Shown here piece by piece: positions 8,208 to 19,487 of a DNA stretch of 64,000 bases. The DNA is from an uncultured Clostridium sp. (lineage in GTDB: Bacteria > Bacillota > Clostridia > TANB77 > CAG-508): assembly GCA_947648495.1 (NCBI GenBank), contig CANSOA010000009.1:5397-69396 (forward strand), given 5' to 3'. The position numbers and the translations under genes were made by a program. The stretch's first letter is position 1. The number at the start of each line of letters is the position of its first letter. The notes beneath the pieces were generated by a model, which did no database searches, had not been told where the DNA came from, and saw only the letters and a list, made by a program, of their open reading frames with translations.

Positions 8208-8855
8208 ATGATGAAGGTGTTTGAGGAAAAAGACGTAAAGAAAATGCAACTCCAACTTTCTGATGGACGGCTGATGCCTTTGGAAGACTTACTTGAGGAT
8301 TACGAAAGACTTCTGAAGGAAAAAACTCCCCAAAATAAGCTGGAGGTCGGCAAATGGTTTCTCATTAACAGAGATGTTATTGAGAAAAACCAAGAGAAAA
8401 TCCGTCGCGTGTGCGGTGAAGAAAGAGATTCTAAAGGAAGACTATATCGGGAGAGATTTGGAGAATCGAATGAAATCGCTAATGCGGAGCCTGAGAGATA
8501 TCCTCGCCGAATTTGGACTTTTGTCTTCAAGAAGAACTGGAAGTATAAGAAAGAACAGAAAATGCGAAATATGTGTAAAAAGAAAGGAGACGGAATGTGT
8601 GATGAAGTAATCTGTGATTTAGAGTTGCAAATGAGAATTTGTAATGGGGAATCTGCAGAGGATTTATTCAAAAAAGCCGATAAACTTCCACGTGTAAGAG
8701 TTATACAACTTAGAGACGGTGGAACTGGCTATTTTGGTGGCGGTGCTGATTACAATTACAATGCTCCGCCCGCAGACCTTTGCGGGTACGGTTTCGATCC
8801 TGATTACGAGCACTACGGAGGCACGCCATATGCGTTCCGTCGAGAGCTTTCGTAG
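8208..8855 (+). CDS. hypothetical protein (GC-richer than its surroundings)
   Basis: RBS GCAGGAGGA 7 nt before the ATG at 8208. No domain recognised. It contains two in-frame CGG codons, and an alternative-frame ORF overlaps it at 8374-8610. Confidence 0.45.
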   Translation: MMKVFEEKDVKKMQLQLSDGRLMPLEDLLEDYERLLKEKTPQNKLEVGKWFLINRDVIEKNQEKIRRVCGEERDSKGRLYRERFGESNEIANAEPERYPRRIWTFVFKKNWKYKKEQKMRNMCKKKGDGMCDEVICDLELQMRICNGESAEDLFKKADKLPRVRVIQLRDGGTGYFGGGADYNYNAPPADLCGYGFDPDYEHYGGTPYAFRRELS

Positions 8856-8998
8856 CACTGAACACTGTTTTCATTATTTAAATGGAGACAAAACTAAATT
8901 TAAGGGGAGTAATTTCCCCTTAAGTTATTTAAAAAGAAAGCTATCAAATCAAGTAGATAAGTTACAACTTTCTCATATACTATAAAGAGGTGAGAAAG

Positions 8999-9520
8999 TT
9001 GTGTTGCAATAAAAAATGGAATGGATATTATTTTGCTATTAGTATTGGTTTGATTTTTATATTGTTAATTTTGAATTTTAGTTTAACAATTGTTGCACCG
9101 AATAATTATCCTACGCATATCAATAGTTTTAATTATGCACCAGAAAGAGTAGAAAATGGAGGATATATTACGTTTGATACCAATAGAATTGTAGAAAAAA
9201 ATGATATAACACATCAAGAAGGAAGTTCAGATTTTGTTATTAATCAAGATGGAAATTATTATATTGGGTTTAATACAACGATTTATGAGCCACCATCAAC
9301 AGGGAAAGAAACAACTTTGTCTGTTTGTTTAGAGCATAATAATGCAACTGTATATGGTACAACAGTTGGTGAAACAGTTGCAAATGCTTATCAAACAGTT
9401 AATTTGAGTTTTGAAGTAATAGTTAAAGCGAAGCGAGGAGATATTTTAAGGGTAAAAAATAATTCTGGAACAGTGGTGGAATTATTACAACCTAATATAA
9501 ATATGATAAGAGCAAAATAA
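8999..9520 (+). CDS. hypothetical membrane-anchored/secreted protein
   Basis: An N-terminal hydrophobic segment followed by a polar domain. The start is uncertain (TTG 8999 or GTG 8990). Confidence 0.45.
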   Translation: MCCNKKWNGYYFAISIGLIFILLILNFSLTIVAPNNYPTHINSFNYAPERVENGGYITFDTNRIVEKNDITHQEGSSDFVINQDGNYYIGFNTTIYEPPSTGKETTLSVCLEHNNATVYGTTVGETVANAYQTVNLSFEVIVKAKRGDILRVKNNSGTVVELLQPNINMIRAK

Positions 9521-9597
9521 AAGATAAAAAGATAGATATTTATTGAAAATATCTATCTTTTGTGTTATAATTATTTTCAAAAGTATATAAAAAATAA

Positions 9598-10161
9598 ATG
9601 AAGGAAGACGATATGAAAAAGAAAAGTATTTTTTGGATGGTGGGCATTTTGATTTTAATTGTTATTGTGGGCATTATAACAAATTATGCAGACAGTGCAA
9701 ATCTGACAACTGGACATGAGCCATCTTACTGTATCAAGCGAATCAGTAAAAATGGAGATAAAGTAACTTATTGGGGATTAGGCTACAAAGTCATTCGATA
9801 TGTCAGTGTATCTCCTCATGAGCCATACGAACAAAATATTGGAGTAAAAATGGGCAGTTGGTTTATGAAATATGAATTGCCTAACCCCAAAATAGTCCAG
9901 ATACAATATAATGGAACGACTATGCAAATAACAAATCATAAAGATATTTCAGTCTTAGAAAATATTTTAGTAAATTCAAAATACGATTCGGGAATATGTG
10001 ATGGAATTGCTACATATACAATAACAATTGATAATCAAACATATTCTATAAAACAAAGTTGCAAAGAAATTCAAAAAGACGATAAACAAGCCCCTGTGAC
10101 AGAAGAAGATTTAAACACAATTTTGAAAATAATAGAGAGAAATCAATCAGATGAGTTATAA
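9598..10161 (+). CDS. hypothetical secreted protein with N-terminal signal/anchor
   Basis: The MKKKSIFWMVGILILIVIVGIIT signal-anchor. The start is ATG 9598 or 9612. Confidence 0.5.
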   Translation: MKEDDMKKKSIFWMVGILILIVIVGIITNYADSANLTTGHEPSYCIKRISKNGDKVTYWGLGYKVIRYVSVSPHEPYEQNIGVKMGSWFMKYELPNPKIVQIQYNGTTMQITNHKDISVLENILVNSKYDSGICDGIATYTITIDNQTYSIKQSCKEIQKDDKQAPVTEEDLNTILKIIERNQSDEL

Positions 10162-10258
10162 TATTTTATCTGTATAAAAATCAAAAACAAGCACAACTTA
10201 AAATAGAAAATCATATAATACAGTGAGCAAATAAAATTTTATTTTAAGGATGATGAAA

Positions 10259-11405
10259 ATGATACAGAATATTAGATATTTTGACCATGCTGCAACAACA
10301 GCAATCGATACACGAGTATTAAACGAAATGATGCCCTATTTAACAGAAAATTTTGGAAATCCTTCTTCTATGTATCAAATTGGAAGGAAAAATAAAGAAG
10401 CTATTCATTTAGCAAGAAAAAAAGTTGCCAATGTTCTAAAATGCAATCCAAACGAAATTTATTTTACCAGTGGCGGAACGGAAAGTGATAATTTAGTCAT
10501 CAAAGGAATTGCAATCGCAAACAAAAGACGTGGAAATCATATAATCACAACGAAAATTGAACATCCAGCTGTTTTAAATACCTGTAGTTTTTTGGAAAAA
10601 TATATGGGATTTCATGTTACGTATTTGAATGTGGATAGCAAAGGTAGAGTTGATTTAAACGAACTCGAAAGAGCCATTAACAGACAAACCATTTTAATTA
10701 GTATCATGTTTGCCAACAACGAAATTGGGACGATTCAAGATATGGAAGCCATCGGAAGACTGGCTAGACGTTATGGTATATATTTCCACACAGATGCGGT
10801 GCAAGCAGTTGGAAATATTGATATTAACGTAAAAAAATTAGGAATTTCAGCTCTTTGCATGTCAGCCCACAAATTTTATGGACCAAAAGGAATGGGAGTA
10901 GCCTATATTGCTAAAAATGTTAATTTTGTACGTATAGCAGATGGAGGACATCAAGAACAAGATAAGCGTTCTGGTACAGAAAATGTAGCAGGTATTGTAG
11001 GACTTCGGAAAAGCTATTGAAATTGCGCAAAATGAATTACCAGAATATAATAAAAAATTAAAAGCACTTCGTGATTATTATTTTGCCAAAGTAGAAAAAA
11101 ATATTCCCTTTGTCCGAATCAATGGTGACTTAGAAAATCGTTTGTCAGGTAATGCCAATATTTGCTTTAAAGGTGTAGATGGCGGAAGATTGCTTCAAGA
11201 ATTGGATCAAGTTGGAATTTGTGCTTCCAGTGGTTCTGCGTGTAGTGCAGGATTATTGAATCCGTCACATGTTTTGCTAGCAATCGGTGTGCCTGCCAAT
11301 ATTGCTAGAAGCAGTTTAAGAGTCACGTTTGGTAGAGAAAATACAATCGAAGATGTGGATTATTTAGTGGAAAATTTAGCAAGAATTGTGCAAAAATTAA
11401 GATAG
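10259..11405 (+). CDS. nifS: cysteine desulfurase NifS/IscS family, interrupted by a +1 frameshift near 11006 as sequenced
   Basis: N-terminal part FDHAATT....SAHKFYGPKGMGVAYI (PLP-Lys), C-terminal part in frame +1 with the active-site loop ASSGSACSAG. The join is at GGA CTT CGG, where removing C11006 restores GLGKAIEIA. Confidence 0.75.
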
Positions 11406-11462
11406 ACAATGTTTAAAACGTCAGTTAAACTGGCGTTTATTTTACTTTTTTAAAATTTAAAT

Positions 11463-11491
11463 TGACAAACTTATTTCCTACTTATATAATA
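11463..11491 (+). promoter_or_regulatory. sigma-A type promoter upstream of topB (TTGACA-17-TATAAT)
   Basis: TTGACA at 11463-11468, TATAAT at 11486-11491. Confidence 0.5.
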
Positions 11492-11515
11492 GAAAAAAAC
11501 AATAGGAAGTAAAAA

Positions 11516-13417
11516 ATGAAACTAATCATAACAGAAAAACCATCAGTAGCAATGGAATTTGCAAAAGCACTAAAAATTAATACAACCCGAAAAAATGGCT
11601 ATTTGGAAGGAAAAGAATGGCTCATTACTTGGTGTGTTGGACATTTAGTCACAATGTCATATCCAGAAAAATACGATGAAAACTTAAAAAAATGGCGATT
11701 AGAAACCTTGCCATTTTTGCCAGAAGAATATAAATATGAAATTATTCCAGCAGTCGAAAAACAATTTAACATTGTACAAAGTTTATTACAACGAGAAGAT
11801 ATAACCGAAATCTACAATGCAGGCGACTCTGGACGTGAAGGAGAATACATTCAAAGACTTGTTTTCATGATGGCAAAACCAAATCCCAAAGCCGAAATGA
11901 AACGTGTTTGGATTGATTCGCAAACCGAAGAAGAAATTTTGCGTGGGATTCAAGATGCCAAAAATATGGAAGAATACAATAGTTTATCTGATTCGGCTTA
12001 TTTAAGAGCAAAAGAAGATTATTTAATTGGCATTAATTTTTCCAGATTATTATCCATTATTTTTGGAAGACGTATTGCCAAAGAAATTGGGGAAGACCGC
12101 GTTTCGGTTTCGGTTGGTAGAGTTATGACTTGTGTTTTAGGAATGGTTGTGTCAAGAGAAAGAGAAATTCGCAATTTTGTGAAGACCAAATATTATAAAG
12201 TGATGGGAGAATTTGGAGAAGAAAACGCTTCTTTTAAAGCAGAATGGAAAGTAAATGAAAAATCAGACTATTTTGAAAGTCATGTGTTATACAATGATTC
12301 TGGCTTTAAAAAAGAAGAGGATGCCAAACAATTAATTTCTAGTTTAGAAGGAAAGAAGGCAATTGTAACCGAACTAAAAAAGTCCAAACAAAAAGAAAAT
12401 GCACCACTTTTATTTAATTTAGCGGAAATTCAAAATGAATGTACCAAAAATTTTAAAATCAAACCAGACGAAACACTAGAAATCATTCAAGAATTATACG
12501 AAAAAAAACTGGTTACCTATCCTAGAACAGATGCTAGAGTTTTATCAAGTGCGATTGCAAAGGAAATCGGTAAAAATTTAAATGGCTTATACAAAAATTT
12601 TAAAGACGAAGAAATAAGTGGTTACATCAAAAAAATGATTGACGAAAAATATACAACCAATTTACTCAAAACCAAATATGTCAATGACAGTAAAATCACC
12701 GACCATTACGCTATCATTCCAACAGGGCAAGGCTTGGAAAATTACGATAAATTATCTGAGTTAAAGAAAAATGTCTACCAACTCATCGTAAAACGATTTA
12801 TAGCCATTTTTTATCCACCTGCGGAGTATTCTAAAGTTTCTTTGAGACTGAACATAGAAAATGAAATCTTCACTACCAGTGGTAAAGTTTGTGTAAAACA
12901 GGGTTTTTTGGAAGTTTTGAAAAATAAGTCCAAAAATGAAGATACTTCCAATCTTGAAATTTTGGCAAATTTGAAGAAAAATGCGGAAGTAAATATCTTG
13001 AATTTTGAAACGAAAGAAGCGGAAACGTCTCCTCCTGCTCGCTATAATTCAGGTTCTATGATTTTAGCAATGGAAAATGCAGGCAAACTCATTGAAGATG
13101 AGCTTTTAAGAGAACAAATCAAAGGGGCGGGAATTGGCACTAGTGCGACAAGAGCATCAATTATTGAAAAATTGGAGAGAATCCAGTATTTAGCAATCAA
13201 TTCCAAAACACAAATTATTACGCCGACAGTCAAAGGTGAAGCAATTTATGATGTGATACAAAAGGCTATGCCTGATATGTTAAATCCAGAGCTCACAGCG
13301 AGTTGGGAAAAAGGTTTGGATATGGTTGCCAAAAAAGAGATTGAGCCAGCAGTTTTTATGGGAAAATTGGAAAAATATATTCGAGGGAAATTTGAGAGGA
13401 TGGTTGTGAAATATTAA
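11516..13417 (+). CDS. topB: DNA topoisomerase III (type IA)
   Basis: MKLIITEKPS.A......L (TOPRIM) ... LITWCVGHL. 633 aa. Confidence 0.8.
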   Translation: MKLIITEKPSVAMEFAKALKINTTRKNGYLEGKEWLITWCVGHLVTMSYPEKYDENLKKWRLETLPFLPEEYKYEIIPAVEKQFNIVQSLLQREDITEIYNAGDSGREGEYIQRLVFMMAKPNPKAEMKRVWIDSQTEEEILRGIQDAKNMEEYNSLSDSAYLRAKEDYLIGINFSRLLSIIFGRRIAKEIGEDRVSVSVGRVMTCVLGMVVSREREIRNFVKTKYYKVMGEFGEENASFKAEWKVNEKSDYFESHVLYNDSGFKKEEDAKQLISSLEGKKAIVTELKKSKQKENAPLLFNLAEIQNECTKNFKIKPDETLEIIQELYEKKLVTYPRTDARVLSSAIAKEIGKNLNGLYKNFKDEEISGYIKKMIDEKYTTNLLKTKYVNDSKITDHYAIIPTGQGLENYDKLSELKKNVYQLIVKRFIAIFYPPAEYSKVSLRLNIENEIFTTSGKVCVKQGFLEVLKNKSKNEDTSNLEILANLKKNAEVNILNFETKEAETSPPARYNSGSMILAMENAGKLIEDELLREQIKGAGIGTSATRASIIEKLERIQYLAINSKTQIITPTVKGEAIYDVIQKAMPDMLNPELTASWEKGLDMVAKKEIEPAVFMGKLEKYIRGKFERMVVKY

Positions 13418-13465
13418 AAGAGAAAACTCCCAGCGCGTAGTGTAGCGCTGAGAGTTAAGAGGAAA

Positions 13466-13834
13466 CTAGAATTCCCATCCGATACGCATCGTTCCACCAT
13501 ATGGAGTATGGTTGATACAACCTCTGAAGCGGAAATGTAAGCGAGAAAATACGTTAATTGAATTGCAGGTTGATTCGATATAGTTTTCTAAATCTTCAAT
13601 TGTTCTACCTTGCATATTACATTCGTTATATGCGAAGAAGAGTTGCATATTAGCTTCTAATTTTCCAGTTTCGAGCCCCCAACGTGAAGGGATAACCGAA
13701 GATATAATTTGCGAAGCAACCTTAGTTTTTGCAGGGTCCCAATTTTGTTGAAGGATCTGAGTGTAAGCGTCTTGTTGCCATTCTGGAACTTTCTGATAGT
13801 AGTCGTTAAAAATTGTAAAAACTGTAGTTGTCAT
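13466..13834 (-). CDS. hypothetical protein (122 aa) expressed from the conserved promoter family
   Basis: RBS AGGAGGAAAA precedes the ATG at 13834. A hairpin at 13431-13450 lies downstream. Confidence 0.5.
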   Translation of the reverse strand: MTTTVFTIFNDYYQKVPEWQQDAYTQILQQNWDPAKTKVASQIISSVIPSRWGLETGKLEANMQLFFAYNECNMQGRTIEDLENYIESTCNSINVFSRLHFRFRGCINHTPYGGTMRIGWEF

Positions 13835-13900
13835 AATGTTTTCCTCCTTATTTTGCCACAGGTGGCTAAATTGTGTTTATAAAGTTTTTATACTACTATT

Positions 13901-13929
13901 ATTGTATCATATTTTACATAAAATGTCAA
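13901..13929 (-). promoter_or_regulatory. member 2 of the conserved promoter family (TTGACA-TTTTATGTAAAATATGA-TACAAT on the minus strand)
   Basis: Read on the minus strand. The spacer is identical to that of member 1. Confidence 0.6.
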
Positions 13930-14087
13930 TAGGAAGTGTTTGCAAAAAAAGATTTTTTGTGTGATATAAAAAAGAACAGAAATCCACTAAATAAAGGATT
14001 AAAAAGGCAATAGTAACATTTTACGTTAACTCTTCATAATATGTAACATAAAAACAATACAAAATTTTTTATGAAGAGGTGAATGAA

Positions 14088-15355
14088 ATGTATAACTACA
14101 TAATTAAAGGAGGCACAAAGCTTTCACGGTGAAATGGATGTGTCTGGTTCCAAAAATGCAACTTTGCCCATTTTGGCAGCAACAATTTTGAATGGGAAAG
14201 TTTCAAAATTGTATAATGTTCCAGATATTTCAGATGTTAAAATAACAATTAAAATTTTGGAAAGTTTGCGGTTGTAAAGTAAAAAAAGACAAAAAGAAAT
14301 TGGTGATTGATAGCAGAAATATGACAGGAACCACTATTCCAGAAGAATTGATGCGCAAACTCCGTTCTTCGGTGATTATTGCGGGAGCTATTATTTCCCG
14401 ATTTGGCGAAGCTTGCTTTTCCTATCCGGGTGGATGTGACATCGGAAGTAGACCAATAGACTTGCATTTGAAAGGATTTAAAAAAATTGGAATAAAAATT
14501 GACGAAAACACTAGCAATATTCAATGTAAATGTGATAAAATAATAAACACGGAAGTTCAATTGGATTTTCCAAGTGTTGGTGCAACCGAAAATCTGATTT
14601 TGGCATCTGTAATCGGAACTCATGAAGTGATTTTGAAGAATGCTGCAATGGAGCCTGAAATAGTGGATTTGGCAGATTTTCTGAATAGAATGGGAGCTAA
14701 AATTACAGGAGCAGGAACGAATATTATCAAAATTCGAGGTGTCAAAGAACTGCGCGAAGTTTCGTATACGATTATGCCAGACCGAATTGAAGCGGGAACT
14801 TTATTACTTGCAACAGCGATGACTGGTGGAGATATTAAATTAAACAAGGTATGTCCAGAACACATTAGCCCAATTTTACATAAACTTCAAGAATGTGGTT
14901 GTCGAGTGGATATTATTAAAAATACAATTTATTTAAAAGCGAATGGAAAATTAATTGGTACAGAAATTAAAACTTTACCATATCCGGGATTTCCAACTGA
15001 TTTGCAACCTTTGTTTACGACCTTTTTGACAATTTGCAAAGGAACTTCGATTGTGACAGAAAATATTTTTGAAAATCGTTATAAATTTGCACAAGAATTA
15101 AAACGTATGGGGGCTAAAATTAACATTGAAGGAAAAACAGCGATTATAAAAGGTGTTAAACGTTTGCATGGTGCCAATGTGGAAAGTACAGATTTGCGAG
15201 GTGGAGCATCTCTTATGCTTGCTGGAATGGTAGCTAAAGGAACAACAAGAGTGAAAAAAGTGGAATATATATTGCGTGGTTATGACAATTTAGATAAAAA
15301 ACTAAATTCGTTAGGAGCAAGTATTACTAGGGAAGAAGAAAGGAATGAAAATTAG
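14088..15355 (+). CDS. murA: UDP-N-acetylglucosamine 1-carboxyvinyltransferase, interrupted by two +1 frameshifts (near 14127 and 14269) as sequenced
   Basis: MurA N-terminal MYNYIIKGGTKLS / GEMDVSGSKNATLPILAATIL / GCKVKKDKKKLVIDSR... continue in successive +1 frames. Each join has an extra C before GGT. Confidence 0.75.
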
Positions 15356-16186
15356 TTGAAAAATGTGGTAGAACATAGAAAAAATCAGAAAACGAGAATG
15401 GCTGTAGAAAATACAGCCTCTAAAAAAGAGTACAAGCAGTCAAGACAAAGTGAAAAAGTCTCTAATCATTTACTGACTAAAGTATTGATTACGGTTATAT
15501 TAGTAGCAGTTGCTATTGTATTTATTTTTGCTTCGGGGGCTTTTGTTGTAACAGAAATTATCGTAGAAAAAAATGAAACAATATCAGAGGAACAGATTAT
15601 TAGTTTTTCTGGCATTGTGAAAGGAACCAATGTTTTTGCAATTTCCAAAAAAGTAATGAAAAATAAACTGAAAGAAAATTCGTATATTCAGGATGTAAAA
15701 ATAAAAAGGGTTTTGCCAAATAAAATAAAGTTAATTGTGGAAGAAAGAAAAGTAGAATATGTGTTGCAATTAGCCAATAGTTATGTACATATTGATAAAA
15801 AAGGTTATGTTTTGGAAATTTCAAATAATAAGCCAGAAGTGCCAATTGTGTTAGGATTAACAACAGATTTGAGCAATATCAAGCCGAATGACAGGCTAGA
15901 AGAGGCAGATTTAAACAAAATGAATAACATTGCCAAAATTGTGCAAACGGCAAGCGATAACCAAATAGCAAATTTAATCACAAAGATTGACGTTTCCAAC
16001 GAAATGGATTATACTATATATTTAGATACAGAGGGAAAAATTGCGCATCTTGGGGATGCAAGTGAATTGAATACTCGATTTTTATATGTTAAAAAGTTGC
16101 TGGAAATCCGAAAAGGAGAAGCAGGTGAGATTTTAGTAAATGGAGATTTGAATTCGGAGTATGTTTATTTCAAAAAAAGTGAATAA
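15356..16186 (+). CDS. divIB: cell division protein DivIB/FtsQ (POTRA domain)
   Basis: A single TM followed by a POTRA-like domain. It sits between murA and ftsA in the dcw cluster. Confidence 0.65.
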   Translation: MKNVVEHRKNQKTRMAVENTASKKEYKQSRQSEKVSNHLLTKVLITVILVAVAIVFIFASGAFVVTEIIVEKNETISEEQIISFSGIVKGTNVFAISKKVMKNKLKENSYIQDVKIKRVLPNKIKLIVEERKVEYVLQLANSYVHIDKKGYVLEISNNKPEVPIVLGLTTDLSNIKPNDRLEEADLNKMNNIAKIVQTASDNQIANLITKIDVSNEMDYTIYLDTEGKIAHLGDASELNTRFLYVKKLLEIRKGEAGEILVNGDLNSEYVYFKKSE

Positions 16187-16206
16187 GAAAGAAGGAGGCG
16201 GGAAAA

Positions 16207-16920
16207 TTGAACCATACAAAAATTGCAATTTTATTAGGAATGATGTGTATGTTGCTTACACTTGGAATTTGTGTGCAAGTCAAAACAGTGAATGATTCAT
16301 CGACAGGTGTTGGAAAAACTCAAAAAGAAAACGAGCTAAGAAATAGTGTCTTAAAATGGAAAGAAAGATATGAGGCGATGTATCATGAAGGGATAACCAA
16401 AGAAGAAGAATTGGAAGCCTTACGAACAACGGTTGCCAACCAAGATACGGATTCTGTCAATTTGAGAAATGAGTTGGAGCAAAACAATACATTATTAGGA
16501 TATAATGAAGTATCAGGGCAGGGCTTGATTGTTGTTTTAAAAGATGCCAATAGTGCCAAAGTGATAGGAAATGCAACAGATTATATTGTACATGATGGAG
16601 ATTTGTTGGAAGTAATCAATGCTTTGAAAAATGCTGGTGCAGAAGCTATTTCGATTAATGGAGAACGTATTGTAAATACAACCGCTATCACTTGTGCAGG
16701 AAATATTACAAAAGTTAATGGAGAAAAAGTAGGTTCACCATTTGAAATTAAGGCTATTGGTTTGACGGAAAAATTAAATGGAGCTTTAACGATGCCAGGT
16801 GGCTATTTGGAATTGTTGGAAGACGATGGCGTTCAGGTAGAAGTCAAAGAGGCGCAAAATATTGTAATTCCAAAATACAATGGAATGAATCAATTTGAAT
16901 ATGCTAAAAACGTTGAATAG
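16207..16920 (+). CDS. DUF881 family protein (YlxW-like)
   Basis: N-terminal TM, a coiled coil, and the conserved C-terminal module VHDGDLLEVINALKNAGAEAISINGERIV. Confidence 0.6.
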   Translation: MNHTKIAILLGMMCMLLTLGICVQVKTVNDSSTGVGKTQKENELRNSVLKWKERYEAMYHEGITKEEELEALRTTVANQDTDSVNLRNELEQNNTLLGYNEVSGQGLIVVLKDANSAKVIGNATDYIVHDGDLLEVINALKNAGAEAISINGERIVNTTAITCAGNITKVNGEKVGSPFEIKAIGLTEKLNGALTMPGGYLELLEDDGVQVEVKEAQNIVIPKYNGMNQFEYAKNVE

Positions 16921-16922
16921 AG

Positions 16923-17627
16923 GTGAAAAAATTGAAAAAAGAAACAATTATTTTAAGTATCTCGATTGGTTGTGTGGCACTGATTTTGTGTTTGGTTATG
17001 TTTACGCAGTTTAAAACCATTGAACAGACTGATATTGTAGCCATTGAAACTATGCGAGAAACAGAACTTAGGTCAGAACTGGCGACTTGGAAGGAAAAAT
17101 ATGAAGAAGCAGAAACAAAATTAGAAGATACGAAGCAAAAAATTCAAGATTATAAAACCCAGATGTCGTCTGAGGAAAACGCGACTGAACTTTTAAAACA
17201 AGAGTTTAATGAATCCGAGAAATTTTTGGGTTATACAGATGTACAAGGTGAGGGAATTGTTATTACATTAAAAGATAATGATTTTAGAAATATTGAACGA
17301 TTTGACTTAATTAGTTTGGTCAACGAACTGAAATTGGCTGGCGCAGAAGCAATTTCGATTAATGATGAAAGAATTGTAAACCAAACGGATATTGCTTTGA
17401 TTAATAATCGAATTATCTTAGTCAATGGAAGGCGAATCGCTGGACCATATGTTGTCAAAGCAATTGGAGATCGAAAATATTTGGAAAGTGCTATTACGAT
17501 AAAAGGTGGTTTTTTGGATGAAATTAAGGCAAATGATAAAGACATTGCGTATACAGTTGAGGAAAATATTATGATTCCAAAATATCAAGGGGAAATGAAA
17601 CTAGATTATATTAATGTAAAAAAATAG
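16923..17627 (+). CDS. DUF881 family protein (YlxX-like paralogue)
   Basis: The same architecture as the preceding gene (LISLVNELKLAGAEAISINDERIV). The start may be TTG 16932. Confidence 0.6.
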   Translation: MKKLKKETIILSISIGCVALILCLVMFTQFKTIEQTDIVAIETMRETELRSELATWKEKYEEAETKLEDTKQKIQDYKTQMSSEENATELLKQEFNESEKFLGYTDVQGEGIVITLKDNDFRNIERFDLISLVNELKLAGAEAISINDERIVNQTDIALINNRIILVNGRRIAGPYVVKAIGDRKYLESAITIKGGFLDEIKANDKDIAYTVEENIMIPKYQGEMKLDYINVKK

Positions 17628-17638
17628 GAGGAGAAAAA

Positions 17639-18046
17639 ATGATTTATATTTCAATAATTATAGGTTGTATCATTGGAGCTTTAATCGGAATGAATGCACC
17701 CGTGATTCCATATACTTATTCAATTTATTTATCTATTGCGATTATTGCAGCGTTAGATACGGTGTTTGGAGGAATTGCTTCTGTGATAAAAAAGAATTTT
17801 GATTTGCAAATCTTTTTATCAGGATTTTTTGGAAATGCGATTTTGTCAATGTTGCTGACTTATTTGGGCGAAAAATTGAATGTAGATATCTATTTAGCAG
17901 CGATTTTTGTATTTGTTTGGAGAATGTTTAATAATTTAGGCATCATTCGAAGATACTATATTGAGAAGTGGACTGTAAAATTTCAAACGAGTTTGCGAAA
18001 CAAAAATCACCAAAGCGAAGAGACGCAAGGAAAAGAAAATTCGTAA
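17639..18046 (+). CDS. sbp: small basic protein Sbp (DUF1290)
   Basis: 135 aa, two TM segments, located immediately upstream of ftsA as in Bacillus. Confidence 0.6.
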   Translation: MIYISIIIGCIIGALIGMNAPVIPYTYSIYLSIAIIAALDTVFGGIASVIKKNFDLQIFLSGFFGNAILSMLLTYLGEKLNVDIYLAAIFVFVWRMFNNLGIIRRYYIEKWTVKFQTSLRNKNHQSEETQGKENS

Positions 18047-18191
18047 GAAAAAGTTTTACAAAAATATTACAATTTTGTTACAAAAATATGACAATAAACC
18101 TTGACTTTTTTCAAAAAATGTAATATTCTTATGCTACCGATTAAAAAGAGTGAAAAGCAAATTTTTAAAAATAAAATGGAGGAATTGTAAC

Positions 18192-19424
18192 TTGGCAATA
18201 GGGGATATAATCGTTGGTATCGATATTGGAACCTCTAAGGTAAGTACATTTGTTGGCGAAGTTAATAATTTCAACCAAATTGAGATTATTTGTAGTACGA
18301 GCAGTAAATGTTCGGCTATGCAAAAAGGTATGATTGTGGATGAAGAAGCTTTGAGTTTAGCTATTGCAAAAACAGTCAAAGAAGTAGAAGAAATTTCAAA
18401 TTTGACCATCAATTCTGCTTATACAATTATACCTGGCAAACACATAACAATTGTACAAAACAGTATCGTCAAAGAAGCAAAAGATAAATTTGCAGGCATA
18501 TCAGTAAGAGATGTTGCCTCAGCAATTATACAAGTAAGAGATATTGAAATCCCAGAAGATAAAGAACTAATTGATATAGTACCAGATAAGTTTATACTAG
18601 AAGATGGCAAAACAGTAGAAGATCCTGTTGGTAAGTTTAGTTCAAATTTTACGTTAACAGCACAAATTATATTAGCAGAAAAAGATTACATGAAACAATT
18701 AAAGTCTGTATTTCGAAAAGCTGGAATTGAGATGGATGGAATTGTACCAACTACGTTAGCACAAAGAAATTTAGTGTTAGACACAAATGAATTAAATGAC
18801 AATGTTATGATTTTAGATATTGGGGCAGGAAACACAGAAATTGGGGTTTTTAACGGTTCATCTTTTATCTACACAAACACGATTGCATTAGGCGGAGATA
18901 ATATCACAAGTGATATTGCCTATGTTTTAGGCATCTCAGCAGAAGAGGCAGATAAATTAAAAAGGCAATATGGACTAGCCTTAAAATCGTTTATTGATAA
19001 TGATAACAACATTGTGCTCAACACTTGCAAAGAGGAAAACAATAAAAACAAAACCATAAAAAGTTCAGATTTAGTGGAAATCATTGAAGCAAGAATTGAA
19101 GAAATTTTTAGTTTGGTTAATAAGGATATTACCTCACATGGTGTCAAAACGAATATTAATAATGTGATTTTAACAGGGGAAGGAATTGTTAATATTAATA
19201 AAAGCGACATGGCAGGCAAAATTATTTTAAATATACCAGTCAAAATTTCAACAGGTCGATTAATCAGCACTGTAAAATCCACCTATCGAGTAAGCTACGC
19301 GCTGGTTCGATACATTGCAGCAAGACCCTATGCCAAAACGGTTTCAAGCAGTATAGGAACAAAAACAGAAACAAGTTTATTCAAAACAATAATAGAAAAA
19401 ATAAAAGATTTTTTCTATTCGTAA
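18192..19424 (+). CDS. ftsA: cell division protein FtsA
   Basis: IVGIDIGTSKV actin-fold N-terminus. A TTG start follows RBS TGGAGGA. Confidence 0.8.
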   Translation: MAIGDIIVGIDIGTSKVSTFVGEVNNFNQIEIICSTSSKCSAMQKGMIVDEEALSLAIAKTVKEVEEISNLTINSAYTIIPGKHITIVQNSIVKEAKDKFAGISVRDVASAIIQVRDIEIPEDKELIDIVPDKFILEDGKTVEDPVGKFSSNFTLTAQIILAEKDYMKQLKSVFRKAGIEMDGIVPTTLAQRNLVLDTNELNDNVMILDIGAGNTEIGVFNGSSFIYTNTIALGGDNITSDIAYVLGISAEEADKLKRQYGLALKSFIDNDNNIVLNTCKEENNKNKTIKSSDLVEIIEARIEEIFSLVNKDITSHGVKTNINNVILTGEGIVNINKSDMAGKIILNIPVKISTGRLISTVKSTYRVSYALVRYIAARPYAKTVSSSIGTKTETSLFKTIIEKIKDFFYS

Positions 19425-19487
19425 AAGAAAAGTGATATTAAATATAGTAAGGTTTTTAAATAAAAATGATAAAGGAGGATATACCTT

